Positions 12,201-25,600 of a stretch of DNA of 64,000 nt are shown here, piece after piece (position 1 is the first letter of the stretch; each line of letters begins with the position of its first letter). The translations under genes were made by a program, and so were the position numbers. The DNA lies in the NCBI RefSeq assembly GCF_006345805.1, contig NC_043006.1:4092001-4156000 (forward strand). The letters run 5' to 3'. Below the pieces are notes generated by a model. The model was not told where the DNA came from. It searched no databases and saw only the letters and a list, made by a program, of their open reading frames with translations. This DNA is from Octopus sinensis (lineage: Eukaryota).

Positions 12201-14121
12201 CTGCTGCTGCCTCATTTAGGCTCAAAATTCTGATCCCTACTTTCAGAATATTTGCACATATTTAGCTGTGATTGGTGTCGTTTTAAAGTTGTCGCAGATA
12301 TCTAATTACAAATAATTACAATTTGTAATAGATTCAGTGATTAACGTCAATGGATTTTCAATGTTTTCCTTGAGCTTATGCATGAACTGAACAGTCTTTC
12401 TAAGCCTTTTCGCAGCCAATAGCTGATCTCATGTTGCTGTTTCACCAGACACATGACACAAATGAAGATCCATGCTTCATTTCAAGCATCCTGTTCTTCT
12501 CTCACCATCATTTAAATCTCCTCCTTCATCATTATAGCATCAGTGTAGAATTTCATGAGCTTTTCCAGGAAATATAGAAAACTAAAATCCCTGTCTGACA
12601 TATTTAGAATCTACACAATTATTTCTGAGGGTTATAGCTCTTCACCTGTCCAATTACTTTATACCCCATCTTATGGTCTAATCTCTGCAGTTGGTTAGTG
12701 TAGATGGTTTCTCTTATTTACCTGTGCGTCTCCAAGTTTGAAATCTTGTCAGTGTTCTCTTCAATTCATAATTGATATCACAGATACCAGTAATAAACTG
12801 GAAGATTATCTCAACTGATTTTTTTTTTTTAACTAAAGACAGACATTTCATGTTTCATAAGAAAGACTCTTCCATCTACCATGAAACGGTATTTGTACTG
12901 GTTTCCCTCGATATTGCTCTGTCCACTTCTATGAAAGGACAGGAAGCACAAATCATGTAAAGAAAGACACCAATGGTCACCTAAAGTGCATGTCATAGTA
13001 TAACACAGAATAAAACTCATAAAGACATAAAAGGGAGCTGTAAAAGAACCATAAAAAGGAAAGGGTGCATAGGAACCTCGGATGTAGTTTTTCTGAATTA
13101 CAGAAAGTGTGGGTTTTTTTTTTGAAGGATACAGCTAACAACCAATGTAGATAGTTTATTCCATGCCTTGACAATTCTGAGCATAAAAATATTGTTTCTG
13201 ATATCATGGAAACTGGGATGGGTGGTTTTAAAAAAAAAATTTTTTATACTTTATAAGCATGTCTGAGAGTAGTAAAAGATATTAAATTGCAGAAGTGGTC
13301 AAAGTTGTTATTGAAAGATGAGGGATAATCTTGTGGGATTCTATCAAGTGAGTTGCTATAAATAAAAACGTTGTGTGGTGTGTGTGTGTGTGCGTGTGTG
13401 TGTGTGTGTGTGTGGTGTGTGTGTGTGGTGTGTCAATGCATGGAGAAGCAATATATTGTTAAGGAATAATAAGTGATAGAGAGAGGCTATTTTTGTGGTT
13501 GTACATCTGTGGACAGCTTCCAGTAGATCAGTATTCCAGACAAAAGGAGCATACCAGATTGGAGATGTAACCTATACATACATATCAGTATATATATAAA
13601 AATATGGATATAGTAATCTAATTAGGTGCAATGTCTAAGTTAAATGTTTGTGAGAATTTGAAGTTGTAGCTTTGCTGCCCTTAGACCAGTGGTAGCACTT
13701 GAACCACTGAAACTATACATACATACAATTTTAAGTACTATTTCAAGTACTGATATGTCTAATATTAATTGACACGTCCCCGAAACGGCCCATATTTTTG
13801 TAAGCTTCTATATGTATTATATTCTATGTACTATTCGCCGGAATTTTACTCGTCTTTTGATATGCCATATTTTTATTTTATTATCATTATATTCATTCCT
13901 CTTATTCTAACGGTTTTGAGCGTGTTATATGCAAAATTTATATTTATTTCTATATGATACTTATATATTACACGGACTGTATTGATATAAATTACTATAT
14001 AAGATTTGTATGTGTTTGGTCTATCCTTGAATGTTGTGATGTTCCTGTGGTTGTTGCTCGTATTGCCTCCCCTTGGAGAAAAAAGTACATATACGTGTGT
14101 GTATGTGTGGGTATATGTATA

Positions 14122-14500
14122 TGCATGGCTCAATGGTTAGGGGCAATCACGAGAGAGTGAGTTTGATTCCCAGTCTGGGCTGTGTGTTGTATTCTTCAGC
14201 AACACATTCTATTTCGTGTTGCTCCAGTTCACTCGGTTGTCGAAATGAGTTGCAATGTCACTGTTGCCAAGCTGTATCTGCCTTTCCATTCGATGACATT
14301 GATGGCATGGAGAGACAGGGAGGCTTGTATGCATGGGCAACTGCCAACAACCTTACACAGACTTATGGCTTGGAGGCTAACATTGTAAGGTGCAATCCCA
14401 TGGTCATTCATGACTGAAATGAGGTCTTTTCCATGGGGTTGGAAATCAAACTCCTTACCACACAGCCACACCTCTGTCTACAAGGTCTCCTGACTCATCT
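14122..14500 (+). mobile_element. tRNA-derived SINE (+) followed by the head of a second SINE (-)
   Basis: GCATGGCTCAATGGTTAG A box, GTTTGATTCCC B box, core segment TTGCTCCAGTTCACTC; 14440-14475 is the reverse complement of the AGGTGTGGCTGTGTGGTAAG SINE head type seen at 59620. Confidence 0.65.
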
Positions 14501-14743
14501 AGGGAGAGTGTAACTCTAAATAAGAGCAAACTCTGACTGCGAAACCCCCTGCAACATGACGTGTGTGTGTGCGTGTGCATGCATTTGGGCTGGTATGTGT
14601 GTGCATGCATGTATGTGTGTATCTTTCTTTGTCTTTCCTTTTTTTTCACTCCTGCATCTTCTTTACTCTTTCCTCTTCTCTCTCCCTTCTCTCTCTCTCT
14701 CTCCTTTAATATATTTCACATGTCTTCTCTTTCTTCTCTTCAG

Positions 14744-14895
14744 CTTAACCAAACAACTTCAAATGGTATTACATTCCTCATGACATCTTGTGAACGAGGC
14801 AGCATAAGGTTAATAACCTTATCAACAGAATCTGGCACTGATCTCAACATCAGCAACAAAAAGAACCAGACAGCTTTACATTCTGCTGTGGATAA
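14744..14895 (+). CDS. Ankyrin-repeat exon (LNQTTSNGITFLMTSCERGSIRLITLSTESGTDLNISNKKNQTALHSAVDK)
   Basis: Strong pyrimidine tract+CAG acceptor (14741-3), donor GTAAGG at 14896; G-x-T-x-L...G...G-x-D-L-N...TALH ankyrin consensus; 152 bp, phase 0 to phase 2. Confidence 0.85.
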
Positions 14896-15488
14896 GTAAG
14901 GCTTGAATTAACTAAAATCTTCAGATCTGCTTTTGTTTCAAAATTTCTTGCAATTCCAGACAAATTAAATATCCAAAGAGACCATAATAGTGGCAGTGTG
15001 ACACGATAACAACATGATAGTAGTAACCAAATAACATCTTTTTCTCATTTTCTCCATGAATCCTCTTCATTGAATCACAAAAATCTTTCTCATCATTTCT
15101 TTTGATAACAGATTCTTTTTGTTTTGGAGATATTCTTTGAGATGCAACAGTTCTTAAGATTGACGCAGTGTGATTCAGTGTCCTCTCCTGATATTGATTT
15201 AGGATAGAATTCGATGAATTTTTCTCTAAAGAAAATGTTATTTGAGGTCTAAAACAAGAAGAAAGATCCCGTTTGTTTGTTAGGGCAGTAAATAATCTGT
15301 AAATTTCTTACAGAAGTTATTTCTCACCTCCATCTATAACTTACTCAACACATTTTTATATGTATTGTATTTAGAATTATGCTTCATAGGGTCATCTCTA
15401 GACATGAAAACATTCTTTGAAGTTCTTATTATTTTTTATAGCTTCTGCAGTCAAAACAGTAAGAGGGAGAGAGAGAGAGCATGAGAGA

Positions 15489-15515
15489 GTTAGGGATTAG
15501 GGTTTAGGGTTAAGG
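15489..15515 (+). repeat. Short telomere-like insert (GTTAGGGATTAGGGTTTAGGGTTAAGG)
   Basis: Four degenerate TTAGGG units immediately left of the duplicated ankyrin segment. Confidence 0.7.
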
Positions 15516-15546
<31 letters not shown>

Positions 15547-15802
15547 TGTGTGTGTGTGTGTGTGTGTGCATTTGGGCTGGTATGTGTGTGTGCATGCATG
15601 TATGTGTATATCTTTCTTTGTCTTTCCTTTTTTTTCACTCCTGCATCTTCTTTACTCTTTCCTCTTCCCTCTCCCTTCTCTCTTTCTCTCTCTCCTTTAA
15701 AATATATTTCACATGTCTTCTCTTTCTTCTCTTCAGCTTGACCAAACAACTTCAAGTGGTATTACATTCCTCATGGCATCTTGTGAACGAGGCAGCATAA
15801 GG
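15515..15802 (+). pseudogene. Partial duplicate of the 14540-14810 intron/exon segment (truncated ankyrin exon from 15737: LDQTTSSGITFLMASCERGSIR)
   Basis: Near-identical to 14540-14810 including the acceptor; homology breaks after GCAGCATAAGG. Confidence 0.85.
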
Positions 15803-15839
15803 CAGCAGTCTAAGGTGAGCTGCCGTCGCGAAGTCTATT

Positions 15840-16448
15840 ATACGGTGACATGGTCCGCCCGTAAATTCCCGAAAGATGATAACAAATTATTTTTATTTAT
15901 ATATGTACATTTAAACTAATTAAATATTATTTTACAGCATAATAGAATTAAAATTTGTTAGATTGACACCCTTTCTGACAAAGAGCATTTGAGACACATA
16001 ATGCTTTATGAGTACAAAAAAGGAAACTCTGCAACCGAAGCGATTCAAAACACACACTCAGTTTATTGGAAGGAATGTTTGAATGAAAGAACTTACAGAA
16101 AGTGGTTTCAGCCTTGAAGATGAAGATCGAACAGAATGTCCAGCTGAGGTTGATGATAATCTCCTCGAGGCATTACTTGAAGAAAATCCTGCATTATCAG
16201 TTGAAGAATTGGCAATAAAGCTTAGTTCAAACCATACAAATGTTCATCGTCATCTTCAACAAATTGGTAAAGTTCCTAAACTTGGAAAATGGATGCCTAA
16301 TGAATTGTCCGAAAGCAACCGCAAATCCCGAGTTGACATCTGCTCTTCTCTCCATTCTCGCGAACTCATTTCACCCTTTTTGTATAGACTTGTAACAGGT
16401 GACAAAAAATGGATCTTCTATCGAAATGTTAAACGTCGTAAACAGTAG
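15840..16448 (+). mobile_element. Tc1/mariner (Mos1-like) transposase relic, N-terminal half
   Basis: KEHLRHIMLYEYKKGNSATEA HTH start (~15977), then FSLEDEDR...WMPNELSE...LVTGDKKWIFY (WVPHEL and TGDEKW motifs); frameshifted, stops at 16448. Confidence 0.9.
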
Positions 16449-16657
16449 GTATATGTGTGTGTTGCTGTTGTTGCTGTTTCTCTTCTACTTATCAACACAT
16501 GACTTCCCTTGAAAATGGAAGCCTTTCTTACAGCGACATTCGTAAGATCCTATAGTGTTGATGCATATCCTGTGTTTGTTTTTAGCACACGCTACATATT
16601 TACACTCGTCTATATCTGGAAAAGAAAGCAACAATTGCTTGTATACAAAACAGATAC

Positions 16658-16659
<2 letters not shown>

Positions 16660-16701
<42 letters not shown>

Positions 16702-16757
16702 CATTATTATTATTATTATTATTATCATTATTATTGTTATTATTATCATTATTATTA

Positions 16758-16794
<37 letters not shown>

Positions 16795-16805
16795 CATTAT
16801 TATTA

Positions 16806-16836
<31 letters not shown>

Positions 16837-17206
16837 CATTATTATTATTATATTATTATTATTATTATTATCATTATTATTATTATCATTATTATTATTA
16901 TTATTATTATCATTTTATTATTATTATTATTATTATTATCATTATTATTATCATTATTATTATCATTATTATTATATTATTATTATTATTATTATCATTA
17001 TTATATTATTATATTATTATTATTATTATTATTATTATCATTATTATTATTATATTATTATTATCATTATTATTATTATCATTATTATATTATTATTATT
17101 ATTATATATTATTATTATTATTATATTATTATTATTATTATTATTATCATTATTATTATCATTATTATTATTATCATTATTATTAATATTATTATTATTA
17201 TTATTA

Positions 17207-17237
<31 letters not shown>

Positions 17238-17238
17238 A
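16660..17238. repeat. (ATT)n microsatellite, ~580 bp, with ATC interruptions
   Basis: Direct reading; source of poly-Y/I/L pseudo-ORFs. Confidence 0.97.
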
Positions 17239-17239
17239 G

Positions 17240-17440
17240 AAGGCGGCGAGCTGGCAGAAACGTTAGCACGCCGGGCGAAATGCGTAGCTGTAATTTCGTC
17301 TGTCGTTACGTTCCGTGGTCGACTTTGCCTTTCATCCTTTCGAGGTTGATAAATTAAGTACCACTGAAACAGTGGGGTCAATGTAATCGACTAGTCCCCA
17401 CCCCCAAAATTTCAGTCCTTGAGCCTATAGTAGAGAGGAT
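17240..17440 (+). mobile_element. Octopus-type SINE (GGCGGCGAGCTGGCAGAAACGTTAGCACGCCGGGCG head)
   Basis: Characteristic head and GGTCGACTTTGCCTTTCATCCTTT body, ends in ATT tail; related copies at 49650 and 63985. Confidence 0.8.
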
Positions 17441-17462
17441 TATTATTATTATTATTATTATT

Positions 17463-19506
17463 CTATGTTTGACTTTTGCTTTATGTCTGTACAAGTTGGC
17501 TCCAAGTCTCACCCAGAGACTTCAGGAGACAACAGGTTGGAAGTTCACGTTGTTGTTATGCCCAGTGTGCCATATATTTGGGGTTTTTTTGGTGTTGTTC
17601 TAGTGAATGTCTAATACATAGTTTTAAAAAAAAAGTTTGTTTTAAACCTTGGGATTACATAGAGAGTATTTTGCGTAGGATATGAGCAGTTCCCATGAGC
17701 ACTATCTTTTGAATTTCTGCCATTTTGGGGTTTCCTGGTATCTGAGTTAGGTAGCAATCAGCCCCTTTCGCTATCATTCCCAGGGCACCTATGACAACAG
17801 GTATTGTTTTAGTTTTCAGTTTCCACATTTTGCTGATTTCTATTTCAAGATCTTTATATTTGCTCAGTTTTTGGTAGGTCTTGACAGATACGTTTATATC
17901 GATTGGGACAGTCATATCAATGAGGAGGCATGTTCTTTGTCTGAAGTCTTTCAATATGATGTCTTGCCTATTTGCATCTATCTTTTTGTCAGTTTGAATG
18001 GTGAAGTTCCAGAGGAGTGAGATGTGGTCATTTTCAAGCACTGGAGGTGGATTGTGTTCCCACCAGTTTTTTCCATGGGGCAAATCCAGGTTTTTGCAAA
18101 TTACCCAGTGAATATATTGTGCAGGTCTATCATGCCTGTTGAGGTACTCTGTAGGTGCTAGAAGACTGCATTTGGAGACAACATGATCAATGGTTTCATT
18201 TTGTCGGCATACACGACATGTTGGGCTACTGCCGTTCTTTAATATGTTGGCCTGGTAGTTTCTTGTTGGTAGGCATTGATCTTGAGCTGCGATGATAAAC
18301 CCTTCTGTTTCAGATTTTAAGCCAGAGGCCATTAGCCATTGATGGGTCAGGGCTTTATCAATATCTGCATTATTCGCTCTCTTTGGGTATTTGCCATAGA
18401 GAGGTTTTTCTTGCCATTTATTATTCAGAATATCTAAGGCCGCAGTTTTGGCACGGGTTTTCATGCGTTTAGCTTTTTCTGTGCTTGTTTCTTGTATGTC
18501 TATCTCTAATTCCGAAATTTGTTGTATTCAGAATTCACTTAGATATTCCTCTGCCTGTTTTGTTACTGAGTATGATGCTTTCTTGTTTTCATGTTTTGAG
18601 ACAAGTTTTAACATCCAGTCCTCACACTTTTTCAGGTAGGTGTCTAGGCCAATTGTAGCAATCTTCATTGTTATTGCCAGTTGCAAAAGCCCACGGCCTC
18701 CCTCTTTTCTTGGTAGATAAAGTCGATCTATATCTGCCTTAGGGTGGTGCATTCTATGCATTGTCAACAGTTTTCGTATTTTTCTGTCAAGCTGACATAT
18801 TTCAGTAATTGACCAGTTAACGATATTGAAACTGTAAGTCACAACTGGTATGGCTAATGCATTGATCGCTTCGATCCTGTTTCTTGCATTCAGCTCTGTC
18901 TTCAGTATTGCTCTCACTCTTCGATAACATTCTCTCCTGATCCTTTCCTTCATCTCTGAATGCCTTATTCCTTCTCCTTCAATTACCCCTAGGTACTTGT
19001 AGCTCTCCGCTGGGTCTAGTTCTTTTATGACATTCTGCTGGTCAAGGTTAACGTTAAATGTTTCTGTCATTTTTCCTTTGATAAAGGTAGCTTTTGCACA
19101 TTTATCGAGGCCGAATTGCATTCTGATGTCGTCACTGAATTGTTTGACAATCGCTAGTAAGCCCTTGAGTTGTTGGTCATTTTTTGAAAAGAGCTTTAAA
19201 TCATCCATGTAAATGAGATGATTTATATTTTTATCCAACATTTTATACCCGTATTGCGCGTCATTGAGCAGTTTTGAGAGAGGTATTAAGGCTAAACAAA
19301 AGAGGAGTGGTGACAGTGAGTCACCCTGGAAAATGCCACACGTAATTTTTACATCACCAGCATTTAGGGATTCATTGTCACTGTTCAGAGTTAGTGTGGT
19401 TCTCCATGATCTCATACTTACAGTGAAAAGGTTTCACAGAGTAGGTGCTATCTTATACATTTCCAGGCATTTCCTAATCCAGCAATGTGGTAGGCTATCA
19501 AAAGAC

Positions 19507-19510
<4 letters not shown>
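17463..19510 (-). mobile_element. 5'-truncated R4/Dong-clade non-LTR retrotransposon, family A copy 1 (RT + zinc knuckle + restriction-like endonuclease)
   Basis: FDSLPH, GIFQGDSLSPLLF, YMDDLKL RT motifs; CRVC...H....C knuckle, RHD, DIILKD...LLIDMTVP, K..KY, GALG RLE motifs; both ends flanked by (AAT)n; in-frame stops. Confidence 0.92.
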
Positions 19511-19562
<52 letters not shown>

Positions 19563-19616
19563 ATAACTTGAATCCAGTTACACCTATACGCGTGATGTCT
19601 GTTCTGCTTTACTTAC

Positions 19617-22600
19617 CAACGCATGTTGTATCGCGGAACTCGTACCCTGCATTACAGTCACATTTGTAGGATCCTTGTGTGTTGGTGCATTTCCCCTTTC
19701 CCCCGCATGGGTCTCCTGTGCACTCGTCTGTGTCTGGAAAGTAAAACAATTTTATGGCATGGATATAAATCTTATGTATCATCATTATCATCATCATCAT
19801 CATTAATCATCAATCATCATTAATCATCATCATCAATGAAGAATCATCATTAATCATCATAATCATTAGCAACATCATAATCATCACCACCATTATCATC
19901 AACATCATCGACATTATTATTATTATTATTATTATTAATATTATTATTATTATTACTTTTTTTTTTCTTCTTTCAAATTAGCTTCCATTTCTTGCCGAGT
20001 GTCTTCCCGACTCCTAGGGTAAGAAACTCATAGTATACATTGGTAGGCCATTAAACCAAACTCAATAGTTCGTTCATTTTTTATTTTTTTTAAGTTAAAT
20101 TAAAATACATGAACAGCAACAGTTCTCACATCGACAATACTCTTCTCAATACGTGTGATGTACCAGCTAAGACAATCTTTTGCACTTCTTGCAGGGATGG
20201 TAAGCCAGGGATCATTCGCATATAATTTTCGGTTCCCTTCTTGATCATTCCTAGTGCTCCTACGATCATTGGTATTGTAACCGCCTTGAGATGCCACATT
20301 TTCTCAATTCAATGAGTAGGTCTTTATATTTTCTGAGCTTGTCAAACTCTTTCGCTGAGATATTATGATCACAGGGGATGCTCATGTCGATCAATAGCAA
20401 ACTTTATGTTTTGGTCTTTCACAAAAATATCTGGTTTATTGGCCTTCATGGTTCGGTCTGTATGTACTGGAAAGTCCCACAGAATGGTTACATTTTCTCC
20501 TTCAGTTACAGCCTCAGGGAGGTGATTATACCACTTGTTGGCAGTTTTGATATTGTAATGCCGACTTATTAGCCAATGTAGATATTGGCCAACTCTGTCT
20601 TGTCTTAATTTATACTCCACTGGTGCTAAGACTTTACATCCAGAGATTAGGTGGTCCACTGTTTCAATCATGTCATTGCAGAATCGGCATTTTGGGTCTG
20701 CTCCATTTTTCATTACATTGGCCTGGTAGTTCCGGGTTAATAGGCTTTGATCTTGAGCAGCCAGGATGAAACCTTTGCTCTCTGCTTTTAGCCCTGAGCT
20801 CCGTAGCCACTGATCGGTTTGCTTCTGGTCAACATCAGCTTGTTTGCTACGGGCCACATATTTGCCGTGCAGAGGTTTCTCCTCCCACCTATCAGCCAAT
20901 TGCTCGTGCGCTTTTTTCGTTGCCATTATTTTCACCTTCTTTGCAACAATAGTTGCCGTACTTCCCTCGGGTTGTTCAGTTTGGGTATCCTGCACGAGAT
21001 CAATAGCAAATTTTTTACTTTCCTTTATGATAGAACGAAGCTTCTTTCGTCTCTCGTGATTTTCCACAAGCTTTAGCATCCAGTCATTCGTTATTTCGAG
21101 ATATTTGGCAATAATATTATTATTATTATTATTAATATTATTATGATTATTATTATTATTATTATTATTAATCATCATCATCAATCATCATCATCAATGA
21201 ATAATCATCATAATCATGAGCATCATCCTCATCATCAATCATCATTAATCATCATCATCAATCATCATCATCAATGAATGATCATCATTAATCATCATAA
21301 TCATTAGCAACATCATTATCATCACCAACATTATCACCACCATCATCATCAACATCATCGACATTATTATTATTATTATTATTAATATAACTTGAATCCA
21401 GTTACGCCTATACGCGTGATGTCTGTTCTGCTTTACTTACCAACGCATGTTGTTTCGCGGAACTCGTACCCTGCATTACAGTCACATGTGTAGGATCCTT
21501 GTGTGTTGGTGCATTTCCCGTTTTCCCCGCATGGGTCTCCTGTGCACTCGTCTGTGTCTGGAAAGTAAAACAATTTTATGGCATGGATATAAATCTTTTG
21601 TATCATCATCATCATCATCAATGATCAATCATCATCAATCATCATCATCAATCATCATCATCAATCATCATCATCAATGAATGATCATCATAATCATGAG
21701 CATCATCATCATCATCAATCATCATTAATCATCATCATCAATCATCATCATCAATGAATGATCATCATTAAACATCATAATCATTAGCAACATCATAATC
21801 ATCACCACCATTATCACCACCATCATCACCAACATCATCGACATTATTATCATTATTATTATTACTAATATAACTTGAATCCAGTTACACCTATACGCGT
21901 GATGTCTGTTCTGCTTTACTTACCAACGCATGTTCTTTCGCGGAACTCGTACCCTGCATTACAGTCACATGTGTAGGATCCTTGTGTGTTGGTGCATTTC
22001 CCCTTTTCCCCGCATGGGTCTCCTTTGCACTCGTCTGTGTCTGGAAAGTAAAACAATATTATGGCATGGATATAAATCTTTTGTATCATCATCATCATCA
22101 TCAATGATCAATCATCATCAATCATCATCATCAATCATCATCATCAATGAATGATAATCATGAGCATCATCATCATCATCAATCATCATTAATCATCATC
22201 ATCAATCATCATCATCAATGAATGATCATCATTAAACATCATGATCATTAGCAACGTCATAATCATCACCACCATTATCACCACCATCATCAACATCATC
22301 GACATTATTATTATTATTATTATTATTAATATAACTTGAATCCAGTTACACCTATACGCGTGATGTCTGTTCTGCTTTACTTACCAACGCATGTTGTATC
22401 GCGGAACTCGTACCCTGCATTACAGTCACATTTGTAGGATCCTTGTGTGTTGGTGCATTTCCCCTTTCCCCCGCATGGGTCTCCTGTGCACTCGTCTGTG
22501 TCTGGAAAGTAAAACAATTTTATGGCATGGATATAAATCTTATGTATCATCATTATCATCATCATCATCATTAATCATCAATCATCATTAATCATCATCA

Positions 22601-25600
22601 TCAATGAAGAATCATCATTAATCATCATAATCATTAGCAACATCATAATCATCACCACCATTATCATCACATCATCGACATTATTATTATTATATTATTA
22701 TTAATATTATTATTATTATTACTTTTTTTTTTCTTCTTTCAAATTATCTTCCATTTCTTGCCGAGTGTCTTCCCGACTCCTAGGGTAAGAAACTCATAGT
22801 ATACATTGGTAGGCCATTAAACCAAACTCAATAGTTCGTTCATTTTTTATTTTTTTTAAGTTAAATTAAAATATATGAGCAGCAACAGTTCTCACATCGA
22901 CAATACTCTTCTCAATACGTGTGATGTACCAGCTAAGACAATCTTTTGCACTTCTTGCAGGGATGGTAAGCCAGGGATCATTCGCATATAATTTTCGGTT
23001 CCCTTCTTGATCATTCCTAGTGCTCCTACGATCATTGGTATTGTAACCGCCTTGAGATGCCACATTTTCTCAATTTCAATGAGTAGGTCTTTATATTTTC
23101 TGAGCTTGTCAAACTCTTTCGCTGAGATATTATGATCACAGGGGATGCTCATGTCGATCAATAAGCAAACTTTATTGTTTTGGTCTTTCACAAAAATATC
23201 TGGTTTATTGGCCTCATGGTTCGGTCTGTATGTACTGGAAGTCCCACAGAATGGTTACATTTTCTCCTTCAGTTACAGCCTCAGGGAGGTGATTATACCA
23301 CTTGTTGGCAGTTTTGATATTGTAATGCCGACTTATTAGCCAATGTAGATATTGGCCAACTCTGTCTTGTCTTAATTTATACTCCACTGGTGCTAAGACT
23401 TTACATCCAGAGATTAGGTGGTCCACTGTTTCAATCATGTCATTGCAGAATCGGCATTTTGGGTCTGCTCCATTTTTCATTACATTGGCCTGGTAGTTCC
23501 GGGTTAATAGGCTTTGATCTTGAGCAGCCAGGATGAAACTTTCGCTCTCTGCTTTTAACACTGAGCTCCGTAGCCACTGATGGGTTTGCTTCTGGTCAAC
23601 ATCAGCTTGTTTGCTGCGGGCCACATATTTGCCATGCAGAGGTTTCTCCTCCCACCTATCAGCCAATTGCTCGTGCGCTTTTTTCGTTGCCATTATTTTC
23701 ATCATCATTGATCATCATCATCAATCATCATCATCATGAATGATCATCATTAAACATCATAATCATTAGCAACGTCATAATCATCACCACCATTATCACC
23801 ACCAACATCAACATCATCGACATTATATTATTATTATTATTACTTTTTTTTTTCTTCTTTCAAATTATCTTCCATTTCTTGCCGAGTGTCTTCCCGACTC
23901 CTAGGGTAAGAAACTCATAGTATACATTGGTAGGCCATTAAACCAAACTCAATAGTTCGTTCATTTTTTATTTTTTTAAGTTAAATTAAAATATATGAGC
24001 AGCAACAGTTCTCACATCGACAATACTCTTCTCAATACGTGTGATGTACCAGCTAAGACAATCTTTTGCACTTCTTGCAGGGATGGTAAGCCAGGGATCA
24101 TTCGCATATAATTTTCGGTTCCCTTCTTGATCATTCCTAGTGCTCCTACGATCATTGGTATTGTAACCGCCTTGAGATGCCACATTTTCTCAATTTCAAT
24201 GAGTAGGTCTTTATATTTTCTGAGCTTGTCAAACTCTTTCGCTGAGATATTATGATCACAGGGGATGCTCATGTCGATCAATAAGCAAACTTTATTGTTT
24301 TGGTCTTTCACAAAAATATCTGGTTTATTGGCCTTCATGGTTCGGTCTGTATGTACTGGAAAGTCCCACAGAATGGTTACATTTTCTCCTTCAGTTACAG
24401 CCTCAGGGAGGTGATTATACCACTTGTTGGCAGTTTTGATATTGTAATGCCGACTTATTAGCCAATGTAGATATTGGCCAACTCTGTCTTGTCTTAATTT
24501 ATACTCCACTGGTGCTAAGACTTTACATCCAGAGATTAGGTGGTCCACTGTTTCAATCATGTCATTGCAGAATCGGCATTTTGGGTCTGCTCCATTTTTC
24601 ATTACATTGGCCTGGTAGTTCCGGTTAATAGGCTTTGATCTTGAGCAGCCAGGATGAAACTTTCGCTCTCTGCTTTTAACACTGAGCTCCGTAGCCACTG
24701 ATGGGTTTGCTTCTGGTCAACATCAGCTTGTTTGCTGCGGGCCACATATTTGCCATGCAGAGGTTTCTCCTCCCACCTATCAGCCAATTGCTCGTGCGCT
24801 TTTTTCGTTGCCATTATTTTCATCATCATTGATCATCATCATCAATCATCATCATCAATGAATGATCATCATTAAACATCATAATCATTAGCAACGTCAT
24901 AATCATCACCACCATTATCACCACCAACATCAACATCATCGACATTATTATTATTATTATTATTAATATATCTTGAATCCAGTTACACCTATACGCGTGA
25001 TGTCTGTTCTCCTTTACTTACCAACGCATGTTGTTTCGCGGAACTCGTACCCTGCATTACAGTCACATGTGTAGGATCCTTGTGTGTTGGTGCACTTCCC
25101 CTTTTCCCCGCATGGGTCTCCTTTGCACTCGTCTGTGTCTGGAAAGTAAAACAATTTTATGGCATGGATATAAATCTTTTGTATCATCATCATCATCATC
25201 AATGATCAATCATCATCAATCATCATCATCAATCATCATCATCAATCATCATCATCAATGAATGATCATCATAATCATGAGCATCATCCTCATCATCAAT
25301 CATCATTAATCATCATCATCAATCATCATCATCAATGAATGATCATCATTAAACATCATAATCATTAGCAACATCATAATCATCACCAACATCATCGACA
25401 TTATTATTATTATTATTACTGATATAACTTGAATCCAGTTACACCTATACGCGTGATGTCTGTTCTGCTTTACTTACCAACGCATGTTGTTTCGCGGAAC
25501 TCGTACCCTGCATTACAGTCACATGTGTAGGATCCTTGTGTGTTGGTGCATTTCCCCTTTTCCCCGCATGGGTCTCCTTTGCACTCGTCTGTGTCTGGAA

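Noticed and set aside
13765-13800. CCCCGAAACGGCCCATA as another hammerhead
   Set aside because: No upstream CUGANGA core and no GUH triplet in register.
16509-17381. Poly-Leu/Tyr/Ile ORFs of 225-264 aa
   Set aside because: These come from the (ATT)n microsatellite.
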